Shown here one piece after another: positions 48,015 to 58,984 of a DNA stretch of 64,000 nucleotides. This stretch comes from a virus. The translations under genes and the position numbers were made by a program. The stretch's first letter is position 1; the number at the start of each line of letters is the position of its first letter. Location: positions 9,744 to 73,743 of the IMG/VR virus record IMGVR_UViG_3300029827_000121. The stretch is one strand, 5' to 3'. The notes beneath the pieces are model-generated. The model ran no database searches, was not told the DNA's origin, and worked only from the letters and a program-made list of their open reading frames with translations.

Positions 48015-50543
48015 TTATTTCCTCGTTCTCCAGAATACATGCCCGAGCGTCCTCCCATAAGCGCTCGCGCCGATATTCCAGCACTCTTTGAAATCCTTCG
48101 CGATTATATCCTGTTCGAGTGAATTAAACGTCATGTCTTCACTATATGTTCTATTGATAACCTGACGTACGCTCATATCATGACAGAGAAGTTCGAATGT
48201 TCCCTTGTCTATTTCCTGAATGCTTCCCCAATCAATGGCACCGAGATATTCGTCAACCACATCGGCATGAAGAATACCGTAATATTCTCCGAAATCAGGA
48301 AGAGTTTCAATATCGGGATTATTGGTCGGAATACTCCACAAACTGTCGATACACCAGACAAGTATATAGTTGGGAGCTTTGCGAATAAGTTGTATCGAAC
48401 CTTCGATCTTGTCGATAATCTGTCTTGACATCAAATAATAACCGGCGTTATATCGCATGTTGTTGGCAAGATCGCAATAATGAATCAACGAATCGCCGCG
48501 CTGTGACGTCACCATAAAACCGGGAACCATCCGAAGAATATTGCAATTAGGCATTGCCTCTTTATAACGCATATTCAATAAGCCGATATGCTTTTCATCC
48601 ATGCGATTCCGCAGTGTTTCATCGGTGGTAATATCCGTAATTACCCGGTACATCGGATCAAGCGTTATTCCCTGAAGTTCTTTTGACAAATTTTCATGTA
48701 CTCGCACCTGATTGCTGGAAAGCACCTCCACAATAATCGATTCGTATCCGGTGGACCAGAATATTGTTTTTCGTTCATCGCATTCGGTTTTTGAAAAATA
48801 ATCATCCGTATATACATTATGTAAAGTAACTATGTATCCATCCTGCGAGGCACGCATAACCCGTCCCGCGCCGATCGCGCAAGCCTGTAACGGTTTCGTC
48901 CCGCCGTAATAATCGGTTCCCACCCTTACTTTTTTTGGAGATAAATATTCTATGATGGTTTCGGTATCGCCATCCTCCCATTTAAGCGGCGTTCCCTCAT
49001 CAGCCTTTTCAAATGTACCGACTATTGCGGTAACAATACCGTGTGTTTTACTTGCGTAAAAGGCGGCAGCCACGCGAAAATCGCCGCACCATGTAAATTT
49101 AAGCGGCGTTAATTCTTCCCCGTTTTCGGTTGTTCGCGGTTCGGCTCCGTTTTCACTAATATCGGTAGTACGCCATTTTGTATAATGCGTCCAGTGCCAT
49201 TCAAAATAATCCTGATCGAGCGGAATAAAAAACACTCCTACCTGATTAGGTTCGGTATATCCCCATGAATCATTTATTTTCGCGCCATCCGCTTCAGTTC
49301 CTTTTATTATTTCCGAAATATCCGTTCCGGTAATACCGGCTCCCAGATAACCGATCGATGCGTTTTTTTCCCGTCCTGTATCAAAAGTAAAATAACCGCC
49401 ATCATTATATTTGACGATAATCCATGGAAACAACGTGTTGATGCATTTTTGCAACGAACCGGCAACCTCATGCATACTCTGCACATTGGTTCCGGTCGTA
49501 CTCATATCAACAATGAATTCAGCCTCGTATTCATTGTGGGTAAATTTAAAAGAGGCACCGGGAGCTTCTATCGTTCGATAATAAGCGGGATCTTTATTGA
49601 CATCGGACATTTCAGCGCATATAAGACGACATCCGATTTTAACGCTGCTGTCATTGTTTCCTATCGGTTTTTCTCTCCAATGCGTCGAATAATCCCTGTT
49701 AGGAATTATACCGGTATTCAATTGCGTCGTTCCGCTTTGCTGCAACAGTTTCGCATTCGTTCTATCCCTTATTCCGGCTCCGGCGATTCTCGCCATGGAA
49801 TAAAGATAGTCATAACGATAATTATGCTCTTTTCTTCTTTGTCTTCCATAAAGCAGTATATGCGGAACCGGCCCGTTCGCACGCCAAAGAATACCAACGC
49901 TTTGATCGAAACTTAATTTGAATATGCCATTCGAATTCCCGAATACTCCATCATTGTCGGAATCGTCCCAATCGGATATGACGTTCGATGGCATTCTTCT
50001 CGAAACGCAAAGACATTCACTATATCCCCTGTATTTATAACTGCTGGTATATATTCTTTTACCGAACTGCCATATTTTTTTTCTTTGTATTTTATGCCAA
50101 CTATTAATATTCAACCGGCCATGGATATAACATCCATCCGATTCCCTGTCGATTCCCGACAACGCCATTCTTACCTGATTTTCGGAAATATATTCGGCTA
50201 TTTCATCATGATAATATTCGCCATCGTCGGTAGGCCATGCGATATAACAACTCACACTGTCATAATTAAAAACGTCTTGATCACAGGTAACGACGTTATT
50301 AACTTTGCTCATATAAAGATTTTTTAATTCGCTTCCGCAGCCATCCCTCCAAGGCGGAGGTTGCAAATCAGACCATAGCCACGATGCCAATCTCGGCTGT
50401 ATTTCGGTGTCGAAAGAATGAGCATTGATCAATCCTGCGACCGCATTGACTGGTATGTCCTCATGCGGCGCATTCTTTACCAAACCGTCACTGAAATTGG
50501 TTTGATTCCAGTTTTCCAGATTGTCGTCTGTTTGTCTGCTCAT
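48015..50543 (-). CDS. Tail tubular/nozzle-type protein
   Basis: 842 aa beta-rich, N-terminal NFSDGL motif, follows the adaptor gene; positional inference. Confidence 0.6.
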   Translation of the reverse strand: MSRQTDDNLENWNQTNFSDGLVKNAPHEDIPVNAVAGLINAHSFDTEIQPRLASWLWSDLQPPPWRDGCGSELKNLYMSKVNNVVTCDQDVFNYDSVSCYIAWPTDDGEYYHDEIAEYISENQVRMALSGIDRESDGCYIHGRLNINSWHKIQRKKIWQFGKRIYTSSYKYRGYSECLCVSRRMPSNVISDWDDSDNDGVFGNSNGIFKLSFDQSVGILWRANGPVPHILLYGRQRRKEHNYRYDYLYSMARIAGAGIRDRTNAKLLQQSGTTQLNTGIIPNRDYSTHWREKPIGNNDSSVKIGCRLICAEMSDVNKDPAYYRTIEAPGASFKFTHNEYEAEFIVDMSTTGTNVQSMHEVAGSLQKCINTLFPWIIVKYNDGGYFTFDTGREKNASIGYLGAGITGTDISEIIKGTEADGAKINDSWGYTEPNQVGVFFIPLDQDYFEWHWTHYTKWRTTDISENGAEPRTTENGEELTPLKFTWCGDFRVAAAFYASKTHGIVTAIVGTFEKADEGTPLKWEDGDTETIIEYLSPKKVRVGTDYYGGTKPLQACAIGAGRVMRASQDGYIVTLHNVYTDDYFSKTECDERKTIFWSTGYESIIVEVLSSNQVRVHENLSKELQGITLDPMYRVITDITTDETLRNRMDEKHIGLLNMRYKEAMPNCNILRMVPGFMVTSQRGDSLIHYCDLANNMRYNAGYYLMSRQIIDKIEGSIQLIRKAPNYILVWCIDSLWSIPTNNPDIETLPDFGEYYGILHADVVDEYLGAIDWGSIQEIDKGTFELLCHDMSVRQVINRTYSEDMTFNSLEQDIIAKDFKECWNIGASAYGRTLGHVFWRTRK

Positions 50544-50552
50544 ATCAAACCG

Positions 50553-51236
50553 TCAAAAAGGTCTTTTCGTGCAAAACAAAGAAATACCCTGTTCCCCATT
50601 GTCAAGTTCCGACCAGTATTTCGGCTTTAAAACTTCTTCGATATATTTCGTTACCGCCAATTGTTTTTTATGATCGTTGACGGCATCGATAAGCGACATT
50701 GTAGCCTGCATCAAAATCTGTTCCGCTTCCGGACTCGGACATTCATGCTGTATTCTCTGTGAAGTAATTTCCGTGGGTAATTTATAAGCTATGCGACGAA
50801 ACAAAGAAGTGGTATTTCCGGGATTTACTCCCCGAAACATGAGAGTAGCCGGAGTAATGTTTCCACTTCCGGCTACTCTTGCGGGTCTGGTTTTTACATT
50901 GAGAATCCGCCGGTATTCCATTCCCTCAAAATGAAGTGCTTCAACAAACCATTCATTTGTCCATGCCGACGGCAGATCGGCATCCCAATCAATTACGATA
51001 TGTTTAACCTGCCAAACGGTCTCCGGACAATCATACTGAAAAGTATTATCAGCAGTGGCAATAAAAGGAAAATCACCGGTAGCGGAATCGTAAAGAAGAT
51101 TCTGTTCCCGTTCAGCCGTGTTCAGTATCCGGTGTGCCTGATTATAAAGAGGAAGTATTCCCTTCTCTGTCCCCTCCGGTTGCCACCCGTGGCACTCCAG
51201 AGCTATCCACGCCAGATGTTGACTCGTTGATGCCAT
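50553..51236 (-). CDS. Head-tail adaptor protein
   Basis: About 230 aa, position after capsid, LYNQAHR..T....QY.CP pattern. Confidence 0.55.
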   Translation of the reverse strand: MASTSQHLAWIALECHGWQPEGTEKGILPLYNQAHRILNTAEREQNLLYDSATGDFPFIATADNTFQYDCPETVWQVKHIVIDWDADLPSAWTNEWFVEALHFEGMEYRRILNVKTRPARVAGSGNITPATLMFRGVNPGNTTSLFRRIAYKLPTEITSQRIQHECPSPEAEQILMQATMSLIDAVNDHKKQLAVTKYIEEVLKPKYWSELDNGEQGISLFCTKRPF

Positions 51237-51777
51237 TCGTTACACTTCCTTTCGGCCTTCCTCTTTTTCTGTTTCCGGCTTCATTTTCCTGTTGATTTAT
51301 CGATTCGAGTTCACGCACTTTTTCGGCGATGTCTCTTTCCAATTGCTCTTTTCTACTGAGTTCGGCTTTGAATGGTTTCTTGGCTTCCTCTCTGATTTCC
51401 TCTCTTAACTTATCATCCAATACCTCAAGATCGTCGGGATGCGATGCGATGTATCTTCGATTCCAACCGTCAGGATCATCCCATATGTCAGCTTCAATAT
51501 CCCCGCTTGCTGTCTGGCGAAAGTATAAAACGCGAGCGCCTTTCCTCGATTTCCATTCCGTCCGTCCGGTATTTATATCCGATGATTCATATGCTTCGAC
51601 ATCTCTCAGTCCATGCGGCCTGATATTGTAACAGATGCCTTCATGATCGATTTCAGGAATAATCGGTCCTTTATACCGAACACGTATAAACCGTTCTCCC
51701 TTTCGCCGTAGTTGTTCGACTCTTTTTAATCGATCCCGTTCCTCCTGCGACTTAAGAATTTCAGCCAGTTCATTCAT
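51142..51777 (-). CDS. Hypothetical protein with KRGRPK motif
   Basis: Follows the capsid gene; true stop may overlap the next gene. Confidence 0.55.
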   Translation of the reverse strand: MNELAEILKSQEERDRLKRVEQLRRKGERFIRVRYKGPIIPEIDHEGICYNIRPHGLRDVEAYESSDINTGRTEWKSRKGARVLYFRQTASGDIEADIWDDPDGWNRRYIASHPDDLEVLDDKLREEIREEAKKPFKAELSRKEQLERDIAEKVRELESINQQENEAGNRKRGRPKGSVTNGINESTSGVDSSGVPRVATGGDREGNTSSL

Positions 51778-51865
51778 AATTCATCCCTTTTTTAATGGAT
51801 ATAAGGGTAGTCCCGCGAAACGGGATACTACCCTCGAAAATTTACAAACTGTTTTTACTTCAACT

Positions 51866-53152
51866 TCATGCGTTTTCAACACGCCCAAGTACGACAAGTA
51901 CCGAACCGAAATACTCTCTCGCGGCACCCGTCGGATCAACAGGAGTATTGTCAAACTGCATATGCTGATATCCCCGTACACCGGCATACCCAACACCGTT
52001 ACGCACGTTATAATCCCAATCCTGAGATATCATGTGCATTTTTTCCGGTTCAAGCAGGTAAAGAGCGCCAGCCGCATGAAGAATCGATGCATCCCTTACC
52101 AGCGGGTTTTCAAGCTGCCGCTGGTCGTTGGCAATCGGCCACATATAATTGGCCTGCAACCCATACGGAGGTGCCGTACCACTCGGCAGAAGGGTGGCAA
52201 GCCTGTCATCACGAACGAGATAAATCGTCGCTCCGGCGGCACTTTCCCATTTGCCAAGCATTCCGTACCAGTTTTGTACCTTACTATCCTTGATATCATC
52301 GACACGGGTATACCGTGAACCAAGCGTATCAACGAATCGTGGATTCGAAAAACGCGCCGCCTGAAGCTGGGAAACGGTAAGAAGAAACGCCTGATTATTT
52401 TCGATCGAAAGCGGCCACAATCTGCGCATGAACGCGAACCTGACAAGTTCATCCATTACCCGTCCGCTCAGCATTTGAGCAGCAGTTTGCGGAAAGGTTC
52501 CCGTCCCTCCGGAAGCGGCATCAATCGCCGCAACTATACGGTTGGTATACGTTGCCCAGTTCGGATGAAACTGCGGTTGCTGATAGATGGTTCCGGCATT
52601 GGCAACATAACAGTGCCGGTTCCATTGCGCCGGACAGGTATTCGCCGTAGAACCGAATTGCAGGTTCCATCCGTTCGTCTCGATAAGCCCCATATGAATT
52701 TCAAGGTCTTCCTCCGCCGCCGCATGAGGAGCCAGATCCTTCGCATGTTGCTCATAGAGATTGAAAAACTCGGCATCGAGTTTGTGCTCTCCATATCCGG
52801 GTTTATCCTGAAAAACAACGCGGTAATTATTACGGAACAATGTACCGCTTTTCACGACGGGAGCAACTTCAGTTCCCATCGCGACGCCATTGCCGCGAAT
52901 GATATTCGCGTTCGCTTCCATTTTCAATCCGACGCGAACATTGTTCGCTCCGCCGATTTCCTCCGGTGACAAACGTTCGATAACGGCACTCGGCATCGAC
53001 AATTCCTGCCGTTTATAGATGATGCGTTCACCGGTGATATTCGCATAAATCGATTTCGGAATAGCTCTTCGACGGAGAGTATTGCTGAATTTACGTACAA
53101 CAAGACTTCCGCCCGAAAGAGTATTCAAATCGGTGTAATTCCTGACACCCAT
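51866..53152 (-). CDS. Major capsid protein
   Basis: 428 aa after portal and scaffold; strong SD; HK97-type layout; downstream hairpin. Confidence 0.8.
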   Translation of the reverse strand: MGVRNYTDLNTLSGGSLVVRKFSNTLRRRAIPKSIYANITGERIIYKRQELSMPSAVIERLSPEEIGGANNVRVGLKMEANANIIRGNGVAMGTEVAPVVKSGTLFRNNYRVVFQDKPGYGEHKLDAEFFNLYEQHAKDLAPHAAAEEDLEIHMGLIETNGWNLQFGSTANTCPAQWNRHCYVANAGTIYQQPQFHPNWATYTNRIVAAIDAASGGTGTFPQTAAQMLSGRVMDELVRFAFMRRLWPLSIENNQAFLLTVSQLQAARFSNPRFVDTLGSRYTRVDDIKDSKVQNWYGMLGKWESAAGATIYLVRDDRLATLLPSGTAPPYGLQANYMWPIANDQRQLENPLVRDASILHAAGALYLLEPEKMHMISQDWDYNVRNGVGYAGVRGYQHMQFDNTPVDPTGAAREYFGSVLVVLGRVENA

Positions 53153-53186
53153 TTTTAAGCTCCTTTTAGTTTATTGCCTGATAATA

Positions 53187-54767
53187 TCAGGCAGAATTTC
53201 TCCAATACGGTTCCGGCTGCGGAATCGGCATTCCTAAAACTTCATGGGCTGCTTGCAACGCTTTGAACATATCCCATCCGCGCTTATCACCGATCCGTAA
53301 CAACCGTTCCATTTTTTCTTCGTCAACGGTCATCCGGCCCTTTCTTTCACCAATGATTTCCAACGCCTGATTTTCAGTCAAACCCTGTCCTTCAGGCGGT
53401 AAACCGGTCGGTTCGAGCGTCGGTGGTGATGTATCGCGTTTTTTAAGAGATGCGTCAAGATTTTGCTGTCCCTTTTTTTCAGCCTCAATAATCGCCAATT
53501 CCTTTTCCGCAGTCGTTATCCCTTCACTTTCCTTCATATGTTGAAACGTGGATGCGAAGTCCGGAAACGTTACTTTCTGTCCTCTCCAATCGGTAACCGG
53601 TATACGGGAACCGGTCATAGGATCAATGCGTTCTCCCCGTTGCCTCCAGTAAACATTCATGAGTATTCCGTAATTCCGGATATCATTTGGATTAATGCCG
53701 AAATTGCCGGGGAAAATACTGTTCCTTTCACAAATTTTAATAAGTTCAGGATTTTTCGCATTAAAATCACTGACGAACCTGTTTATCTCATCAAAATTTT
53801 TCGGCTTTCTATCATATACTACTTCAGCCATTCTGACGATCGCCGATTCAAGGTCATCCCTGTTGTCGGCATATAAAGGCTTCGTCGTCTTTAATTCGGG
53901 AAACTTTGATTGTAACTCCTCCAGATTTCTTTCCGCTGTTTTTTGCTCAAACTCCAGCTTTCTTTTTTCCTCAGCCCGTTGGGTCATTTCCGATACGTTT
54001 TTAATACTTTTTTCAAGATTGGCATATCGCGATTCGGCGGTTTTACGATAACTCGTAAATTCATCCTTTACCGAATCAAGTTCAGCCAGAGTATCTTTGA
54101 AAACTTCAACCGTACCAGACATCACGCTCTGAAGAGCATCAACATCTTCTCCGCCGTAATCCTTCAGTTTTTCTATCCGGGCGTTGATTTCATCCAATTT
54201 CGTATTAAATTCCGCTCGTTTCCCGGATGATATGAAAGGCTTTTGCTCAACGGATTTCTTCGCGTCTTCAGTCGCCTTTTTAAGTTCTTCAAGTTGCTTT
54301 TGCAAATCAGGAACTTTTCCGGCTGTTGACTGCAATTCCGTGATCTTCTCTTCATATTGACGTATCTTATCCTCGGCACTATTCGCATAACGTCTCGCGT
54401 GAGCCGCCTGCTTGATGATTTCCTGAGGACTTCGATAAGAACGCAAATTCTCCGGCAATTCGGATTTTTTCATTTTTCCAAGCGCGGAAAAATCTACGTA
54501 TTCGTCTTCCTCCTCCACGGGCTGCTTCGTCTTATCTTCTTGTTCCGGTTTCGCGGGAGGGTGTCCTTCATCGGTTTTGGATTCCGTTTTCGGAGCCGCT
54601 TCTTCAGAAATGGAAGCTTCGACTATTTTTCTTACTTTTTCGTCCTGCTCCTTTTGCCATTCCTCGATGTCAACGCCGGGGGGCGGTTCATCCGGTATGT
54701 CAATCAAAGCTTTCTGTCTTTCTTCTTCACTCGTAAAAACAAGTGTTTCCATGGCTACATCATCCAT
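53187..54767 (-). CDS. Scaffolding protein
   Basis: Acidic N-terminus, long coiled coil, between portal and capsid. Confidence 0.75.
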   Translation of the reverse strand: MDDVAMETLVFTSEEERQKALIDIPDEPPPGVDIEEWQKEQDEKVRKIVEASISEEAAPKTESKTDEGHPPAKPEQEDKTKQPVEEEDEYVDFSALGKMKKSELPENLRSYRSPQEIIKQAAHARRYANSAEDKIRQYEEKITELQSTAGKVPDLQKQLEELKKATEDAKKSVEQKPFISSGKRAEFNTKLDEINARIEKLKDYGGEDVDALQSVMSGTVEVFKDTLAELDSVKDEFTSYRKTAESRYANLEKSIKNVSEMTQRAEEKRKLEFEQKTAERNLEELQSKFPELKTTKPLYADNRDDLESAIVRMAEVVYDRKPKNFDEINRFVSDFNAKNPELIKICERNSIFPGNFGINPNDIRNYGILMNVYWRQRGERIDPMTGSRIPVTDWRGQKVTFPDFASTFQHMKESEGITTAEKELAIIEAEKKGQQNLDASLKKRDTSPPTLEPTGLPPEGQGLTENQALEIIGERKGRMTVDEEKMERLLRIGDKRGWDMFKALQAAHEVLGMPIPQPEPYWRNSA

Positions 54768-55014
54768 TCAATCGTCCTTTCGAATTGCAGTTGGGTCCGT
54801 CAAAAACAGTTGGCTGCTTATCGGGCTGCTTTTTCTTGACAATCATTTATTAAAAATCCTTACTCCCGAACGAATTAGATACCTATGCCGAACAGCATAA
54901 GATCGGGTTCGGGATCAGGTTCACTGTCATAGGAATTATGTTCGCATCCCTGCAAAGTCTTATTCCTGTTGTCCAGATTTTTTTGAATATCCGTCGGTTC
55001 AGGTTTCGTCTTTT

Positions 55015-57129
55015 TCACATCATTCCTCCGTTTTCTCCGGTTGGTGCCGCAGGTTGCTCCTGAGTAAATGGCATCCGTTTCTTCGCACTCTCGAATTGTT
55101 CGGGAACCTGTTGTTGTCCGGTTATTTGCTGCATGGCTCCCTGAGCGCTCTGCATCATGTCGCTCAATCTTTTCTGCATCATCTGCGCTTCCATGCCTTG
55201 CGCTTTTAAACTTTCGATTTGAGTAAATATTTCAAGGATATCGCGCATCTCCTGCAAAGTTTGCATTCGTTCCAATTTGACTTGTTCTTCAGGTTCACGT
55301 TCTATCGTACTAATTAGATCGTTCGTAAGAATTCTGATTTCGTTCTTGAACAATTCGGGATGAGCCGACAACATTTTCGTCGTATCGAACAATTCAAGCC
55401 GTCGCGCCATTCTTTTCGTCGGTGAAGCTTTCGAAAGCGTCACGATCACTTTCGCTCTCGGCAAATCGCCGATCGAATTGATATACACCTTTTCCCGCGT
55501 TCCTTCAGCCGTCGTTCTGAAAGCAGGAACGTTAAACTCGACGCTTCCCGCTCCGTTCGCCGACGGCACTTTACGATACAAATTTTTATAGGTGATTTGG
55601 GCCTGATTGTACCACGCTTCCGCTTTGTCCATTAAAAACTGCTGCCAGTTGTTATAAAGCCTCAACGTACCGAGTTTGGTTATTTCATGCCGCATTTCCA
55701 GCAAAATTCCCGATTCATCTTTCGTCGCCGCACCTTCCAGCGCAGGAGTAACCGGGCTTACCCGATCGAAAAGATCGATGATATTGTTTACTTCTCGGAA
55801 AATATGCTCGGGAACCTGATTGATGGGAAACAATGTCGCTACACCATCCGGAGAACCATCAACGGGATGAATGTAATCGGGACGGGTCTTATTCTGCGCC
55901 AATTGCCGGATACCCGCATCCCCACCGATTTTGTTTTTATTGACAAAAGCCATTCCCGACGCGGCGGAAGCGATAATATCGTCTATCTTGGATTGTCGGT
56001 AATTCAACGTCCTGTTCAAATCAAGGATGTATTCGAACAGCCCTTTATCGATACCGAACATGCGGGTGGCGGAAAATTTAAAAAGTCCGATACCGCCGCA
56101 CTGTATCGGATGTTTTCCGCGAACGAATATCAGATCGGGAGCAATGCCGGTCAAATCCGGTGAAATTATGCAATATTGAAGAATATTATCTTCATAAGGA
56201 AATTCCCTGATATCGGACCAATGAATTTCCATTTTTTCGATAAAATCTCTTACCTGTTCTTCCCTTACTTTAAGCGGAAAAGCAAACCACTCTCCATCAG
56301 GTAATTGCGCGTGCAATCTCGTTGTTTTTAATTTTTCCAGCCATCGGTATTCACTGACAAGAAAACGCGAACCTTCCCTGTTAGGTAAATTCTCCCACGC
56401 CCTTACATCATCCTGTCCCTCATATGTTTCACCGATATAGAAATCAGCTTCAGCAAGTTTTCTAATTCCATCATCGGTTATATTGAAATCCTCGATCATT
56501 TTCGAAGGAGTCAAATAACCGTCAATCATCGCTTCCCGCCAATCCTTATTTTCATTTGTCTGCCAATAAGGATCGGAAAGAACCATACCATCAGTTAAAT
56601 GTTTAAAACCGATCGCTCCGGTACGACGTATATTGTAATCGATATACATCGTCTGAACACCGGCATGGAGAAGCCCTGATATATTGGTTTGATTATCAGC
56701 GTTCGAATAGTTGTATTGTTCCTTGTCTGCGAAATACCAGTGTTTGATGGATTCTATAAGGGTATTTTCTTCGATATCCAATGGCTTGAAATCGAAATCA
56801 AACTTTTCCGACATCAACGAACCGCTGAGTGTTTCCATTTTTTGTTTGGCGATATTTATACTCGCCGCATGACGACCGGAACCGGTTATTTCATCACGTT
56901 CCTTTTTCGGCCACATACCGCCGTTGATATCCATAAATGCTTCGAGAACGTCATATAATCGTTTCCGTGCAGGAGAGTGATAATCAACCCAATGTCGATG
57001 TTTATCCTCAACGTACCGAACCAGTTCGCCATCGGACGATCGCATCCTACGGGATGTTTTGGTATTTATATTAATTTCTTCAATGGGAAATTTCGTATCA
57101 GAAACCAATCCAATCGGCTGATTCATCAT
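55015..57129 (-). CDS. Portal protein (P22-like)
   Basis: GGMWP..R...GR....IN, DPY, G....ESG motifs; Gln-rich barrel tail; 704 aa. Confidence 0.85.
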   Translation of the reverse strand: MMNQPIGLVSDTKFPIEEININTKTSRRMRSSDGELVRYVEDKHRHWVDYHSPARKRLYDVLEAFMDINGGMWPKKERDEITGSGRHAASINIAKQKMETLSGSLMSEKFDFDFKPLDIEENTLIESIKHWYFADKEQYNYSNADNQTNISGLLHAGVQTMYIDYNIRRTGAIGFKHLTDGMVLSDPYWQTNENKDWREAMIDGYLTPSKMIEDFNITDDGIRKLAEADFYIGETYEGQDDVRAWENLPNREGSRFLVSEYRWLEKLKTTRLHAQLPDGEWFAFPLKVREEQVRDFIEKMEIHWSDIREFPYEDNILQYCIISPDLTGIAPDLIFVRGKHPIQCGGIGLFKFSATRMFGIDKGLFEYILDLNRTLNYRQSKIDDIIASAASGMAFVNKNKIGGDAGIRQLAQNKTRPDYIHPVDGSPDGVATLFPINQVPEHIFREVNNIIDLFDRVSPVTPALEGAATKDESGILLEMRHEITKLGTLRLYNNWQQFLMDKAEAWYNQAQITYKNLYRKVPSANGAGSVEFNVPAFRTTAEGTREKVYINSIGDLPRAKVIVTLSKASPTKRMARRLELFDTTKMLSAHPELFKNEIRILTNDLISTIEREPEEQVKLERMQTLQEMRDILEIFTQIESLKAQGMEAQMMQKRLSDMMQSAQGAMQQITGQQQVPEQFESAKKRMPFTQEQPAAPTGENGGMM

Positions 57130-57344
57130 ATTCCCTTTACGAGTGTGGGCATCGTTTCGAAATCGAATTGATAACCTTTAGGCATAAGCGTCGTATTTAC
57201 CCCACCAACCTTATTTATGTCAATTTGAATCCATCGTTTGCATTTATAGCCACGACAATTCACCCAAAATCTCCGCAATTCGGGTTCATACGCCATAAGT
57301 ATTTTTTCATACCTATGGTTAGGACATAGGATCTTGAAAATCAC
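57126..57344 (-). CDS. Small Zn-finger (Com-like) protein
   Basis: CPNH...C..YKC motif. Confidence 0.55.
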   Translation of the reverse strand: MIFKILCPNHRYEKILMAYEPELRRFWVNCRGYKCKRWIQIDINKVGGVNTTLMPKGYQFDFETMPTLVKGI

Positions 57345-57493
57345 TACTACTTATATAGATTTTTAGGGAAGGTCTTATAATGTTGCGCTATTAAAACAAT
57401 AGCATAAAGGAATATCCTAATTTAAAAAAGTTATAGCAACTGGCAGAAATAACTTGTATTTATAACAAGTATATAATAAATTAAATTATTAAT

Positions 57494-57718
57494 ATGGCAG
57501 CAAAAAAAACACAATTTAAAAAACCAAGCCACGGACTTTATATTGAAAATTCATTATGGGAATTTTGTAGAAACGAATCAATAAAACATAATTCATTTCA
57601 TAGCAAAACAGGATCATCAAGTGAATATATCAGACGTGCGTTCAAAGCATGGATTTTAAAAGAAATGCCATATTTAGAAAAAATTATGACGGATGTTGAA
57701 TGGAATGAAGCATATTAA
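57494..57718 (+). CDS. Ribbon-helix-helix-like regulator
   Basis: HGLYIENSLW...SSSEYIRRAF; divergent from the late operon. Confidence 0.6.
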   Translation: MAAKKTQFKKPSHGLYIENSLWEFCRNESIKHNSFHSKTGSSSEYIRRAFKAWILKEMPYLEKIMTDVEWNEAY

Positions 57719-57747
57719 TATATTAATATTGTTACGTATATCCAGTA

Positions 57748-58251
57748 GTTATGCAAAATTAACCGGCTTTCTTTTATTGGAGGCCGACATTAACAAAGGA
57801 GCAGTTATGCCGCTGTTAAGATTCGAGGGTTATAGCGATGACACATTCGGGGAAGTCGCTCATTTCAAAGACGATTACGATTGTTGTGCTTCCGGTGCCT
57901 TGATTGCCTACGAGGTTAAGTTTGGCGACAATGGCCTTATCGTAACTGGTCAATACGACGGAGCTAAGTGGCCCAATGGTATGCCTGGTGTTTGGACGGT
58001 AGGTGTCGCCCCACTCAAAGAAGATGCGCGACTTCCTGATTGGCCCATACAGTTTTGCCTCGCCGAATGCGGGTATTCAGCGGCACTCACACTCGATGCC
58101 CCAGACGGTGTAATTATCAGATGTTTGAACCGTAGCAAAGAGTCGGCAGAAGATTAAGTTGAGCCGGTTAACTTCGCATAACAGCGGCTATACGGCTCGC
58201 GGACTCGTCCCAAATCGCAGGGCGACTTCGCATAGCCGCTGACCGTTAGGC
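57748..58251 (+). mobile_element. Integron-type gene cassette 1 with attC (58176-58251)
   Basis: Starts GTTATGC; the attC begins with the complement GCATAAC, has CAGCGGCTAT/ATAGCCGCTG arms and ends GTTAGGC. Confidence 0.8.
57807..58157 (+). CDS. Hypothetical cassette-borne protein (MPLLRFEGYSDD)
   Basis: AAGGAG SD; higher GC than flanks. Confidence 0.7.
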   Translation: MPLLRFEGYSDDTFGEVAHFKDDYDCCASGALIAYEVKFGDNGLIVTGQYDGAKWPNGMPGVWTVGVAPLKEDARLPDWPIQFCLAECGYSAALTLDAPDGVIIRCLNRSKESAED

Positions 58252-58338
58252 AAAATAGGTTTGGCACCAAAAGAAGAAGAACGGGCGGCAAGAAATTATT
58301 TTAACCTATAAAGAAATAAAATTAATAGTCTTAAAAAT

Positions 58339-58815
58339 ATGAGGAATAACATGAAAAAAACACCAACCGTCTACTTCGACACATCGGTAATTGGCGGATG
58401 TTTTGATACCGAATTTTCAAGATGGTCAAATGGACTGATTGAGGATTTGAAAAACGGATTTATTATAGGAGCGACTTCTGAAGCAGTTGCTGCCGAGATA
58501 AGGCTTGCCCCTCAAATAGTGATTGATAAATATGAGCAATTCTTGGAATTGGATGTACAAATATTCAAGAAAAATGAATTTGTTGATGATCTTGTAAATA
58601 CATATTCTGACAGAAAAATTATTGCTAAAAAATTCAGGAACGATTTACTGCATATTGCACTGGCAACAGTTCATGGTGCAGACATTCTGGTGAGCTGGAA
58701 TTTTAAACATATTGTCCACTATGATAAAATCGTCAGATTTAATGCAGTGAATCTTGAATATGGATATCATCAATTAACCATCCTTTCCCCTCGTGAGGTA
58801 ACAACATATGAATAA
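58339..58815 (+). CDS. PIN-domain (VapC-like) nuclease/toxin
   Basis: VYFDTSVIGG, E, DLLHIALA, LVSWNFKHIV, SPREV. Confidence 0.9.
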   Translation: MRNNMKKTPTVYFDTSVIGGCFDTEFSRWSNGLIEDLKNGFIIGATSEAVAAEIRLAPQIVIDKYEQFLELDVQIFKKNEFVDDLVNTYSDRKIIAKKFRNDLLHIALATVHGADILVSWNFKHIVHYDKIVRFNAVNLEYGYHQLTILSPREVTTYE

Positions 58816-58984
58816 TACTATTGATGCAGTTAAAATGGTTCGGGCAATACGAGACAAACAATACAAGGAATTGCAAGGAAAAAGCAATAAAGAAATAAAT
58901 GAATATTACCGGTTGAACTCAGAATGGGCATTTGATAAAAAGACAAGAAAATCAAAAACGATAAAAATAAAGAGCCGCCCGTGA
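58808..58984 (+). CDS. Small putative antitoxin partner (58 aa; not in ORF track)
   Basis: Manual translation MNNTIDAVKMVRAIRDKQYKEL...; overlaps the PIN stop. Confidence 0.65.
   Translation: MNNTIDAVKMVRAIRDKQYKELQGKSNKEINEYYRLNSEWAFDKKTRKSKTIKIKSRP

Noticed and set aside
54159-54176. Possible self-target: unit 25752-25781 decoded as AT.GA.AA.TT.AA.GA versus scaffold gene ATA GAA AAA CTG AAG GAT (11/12)
   Set aside because: A one-mismatch 12-base AT-rich match is expected by chance given over 100 units and both strands of 64 kb
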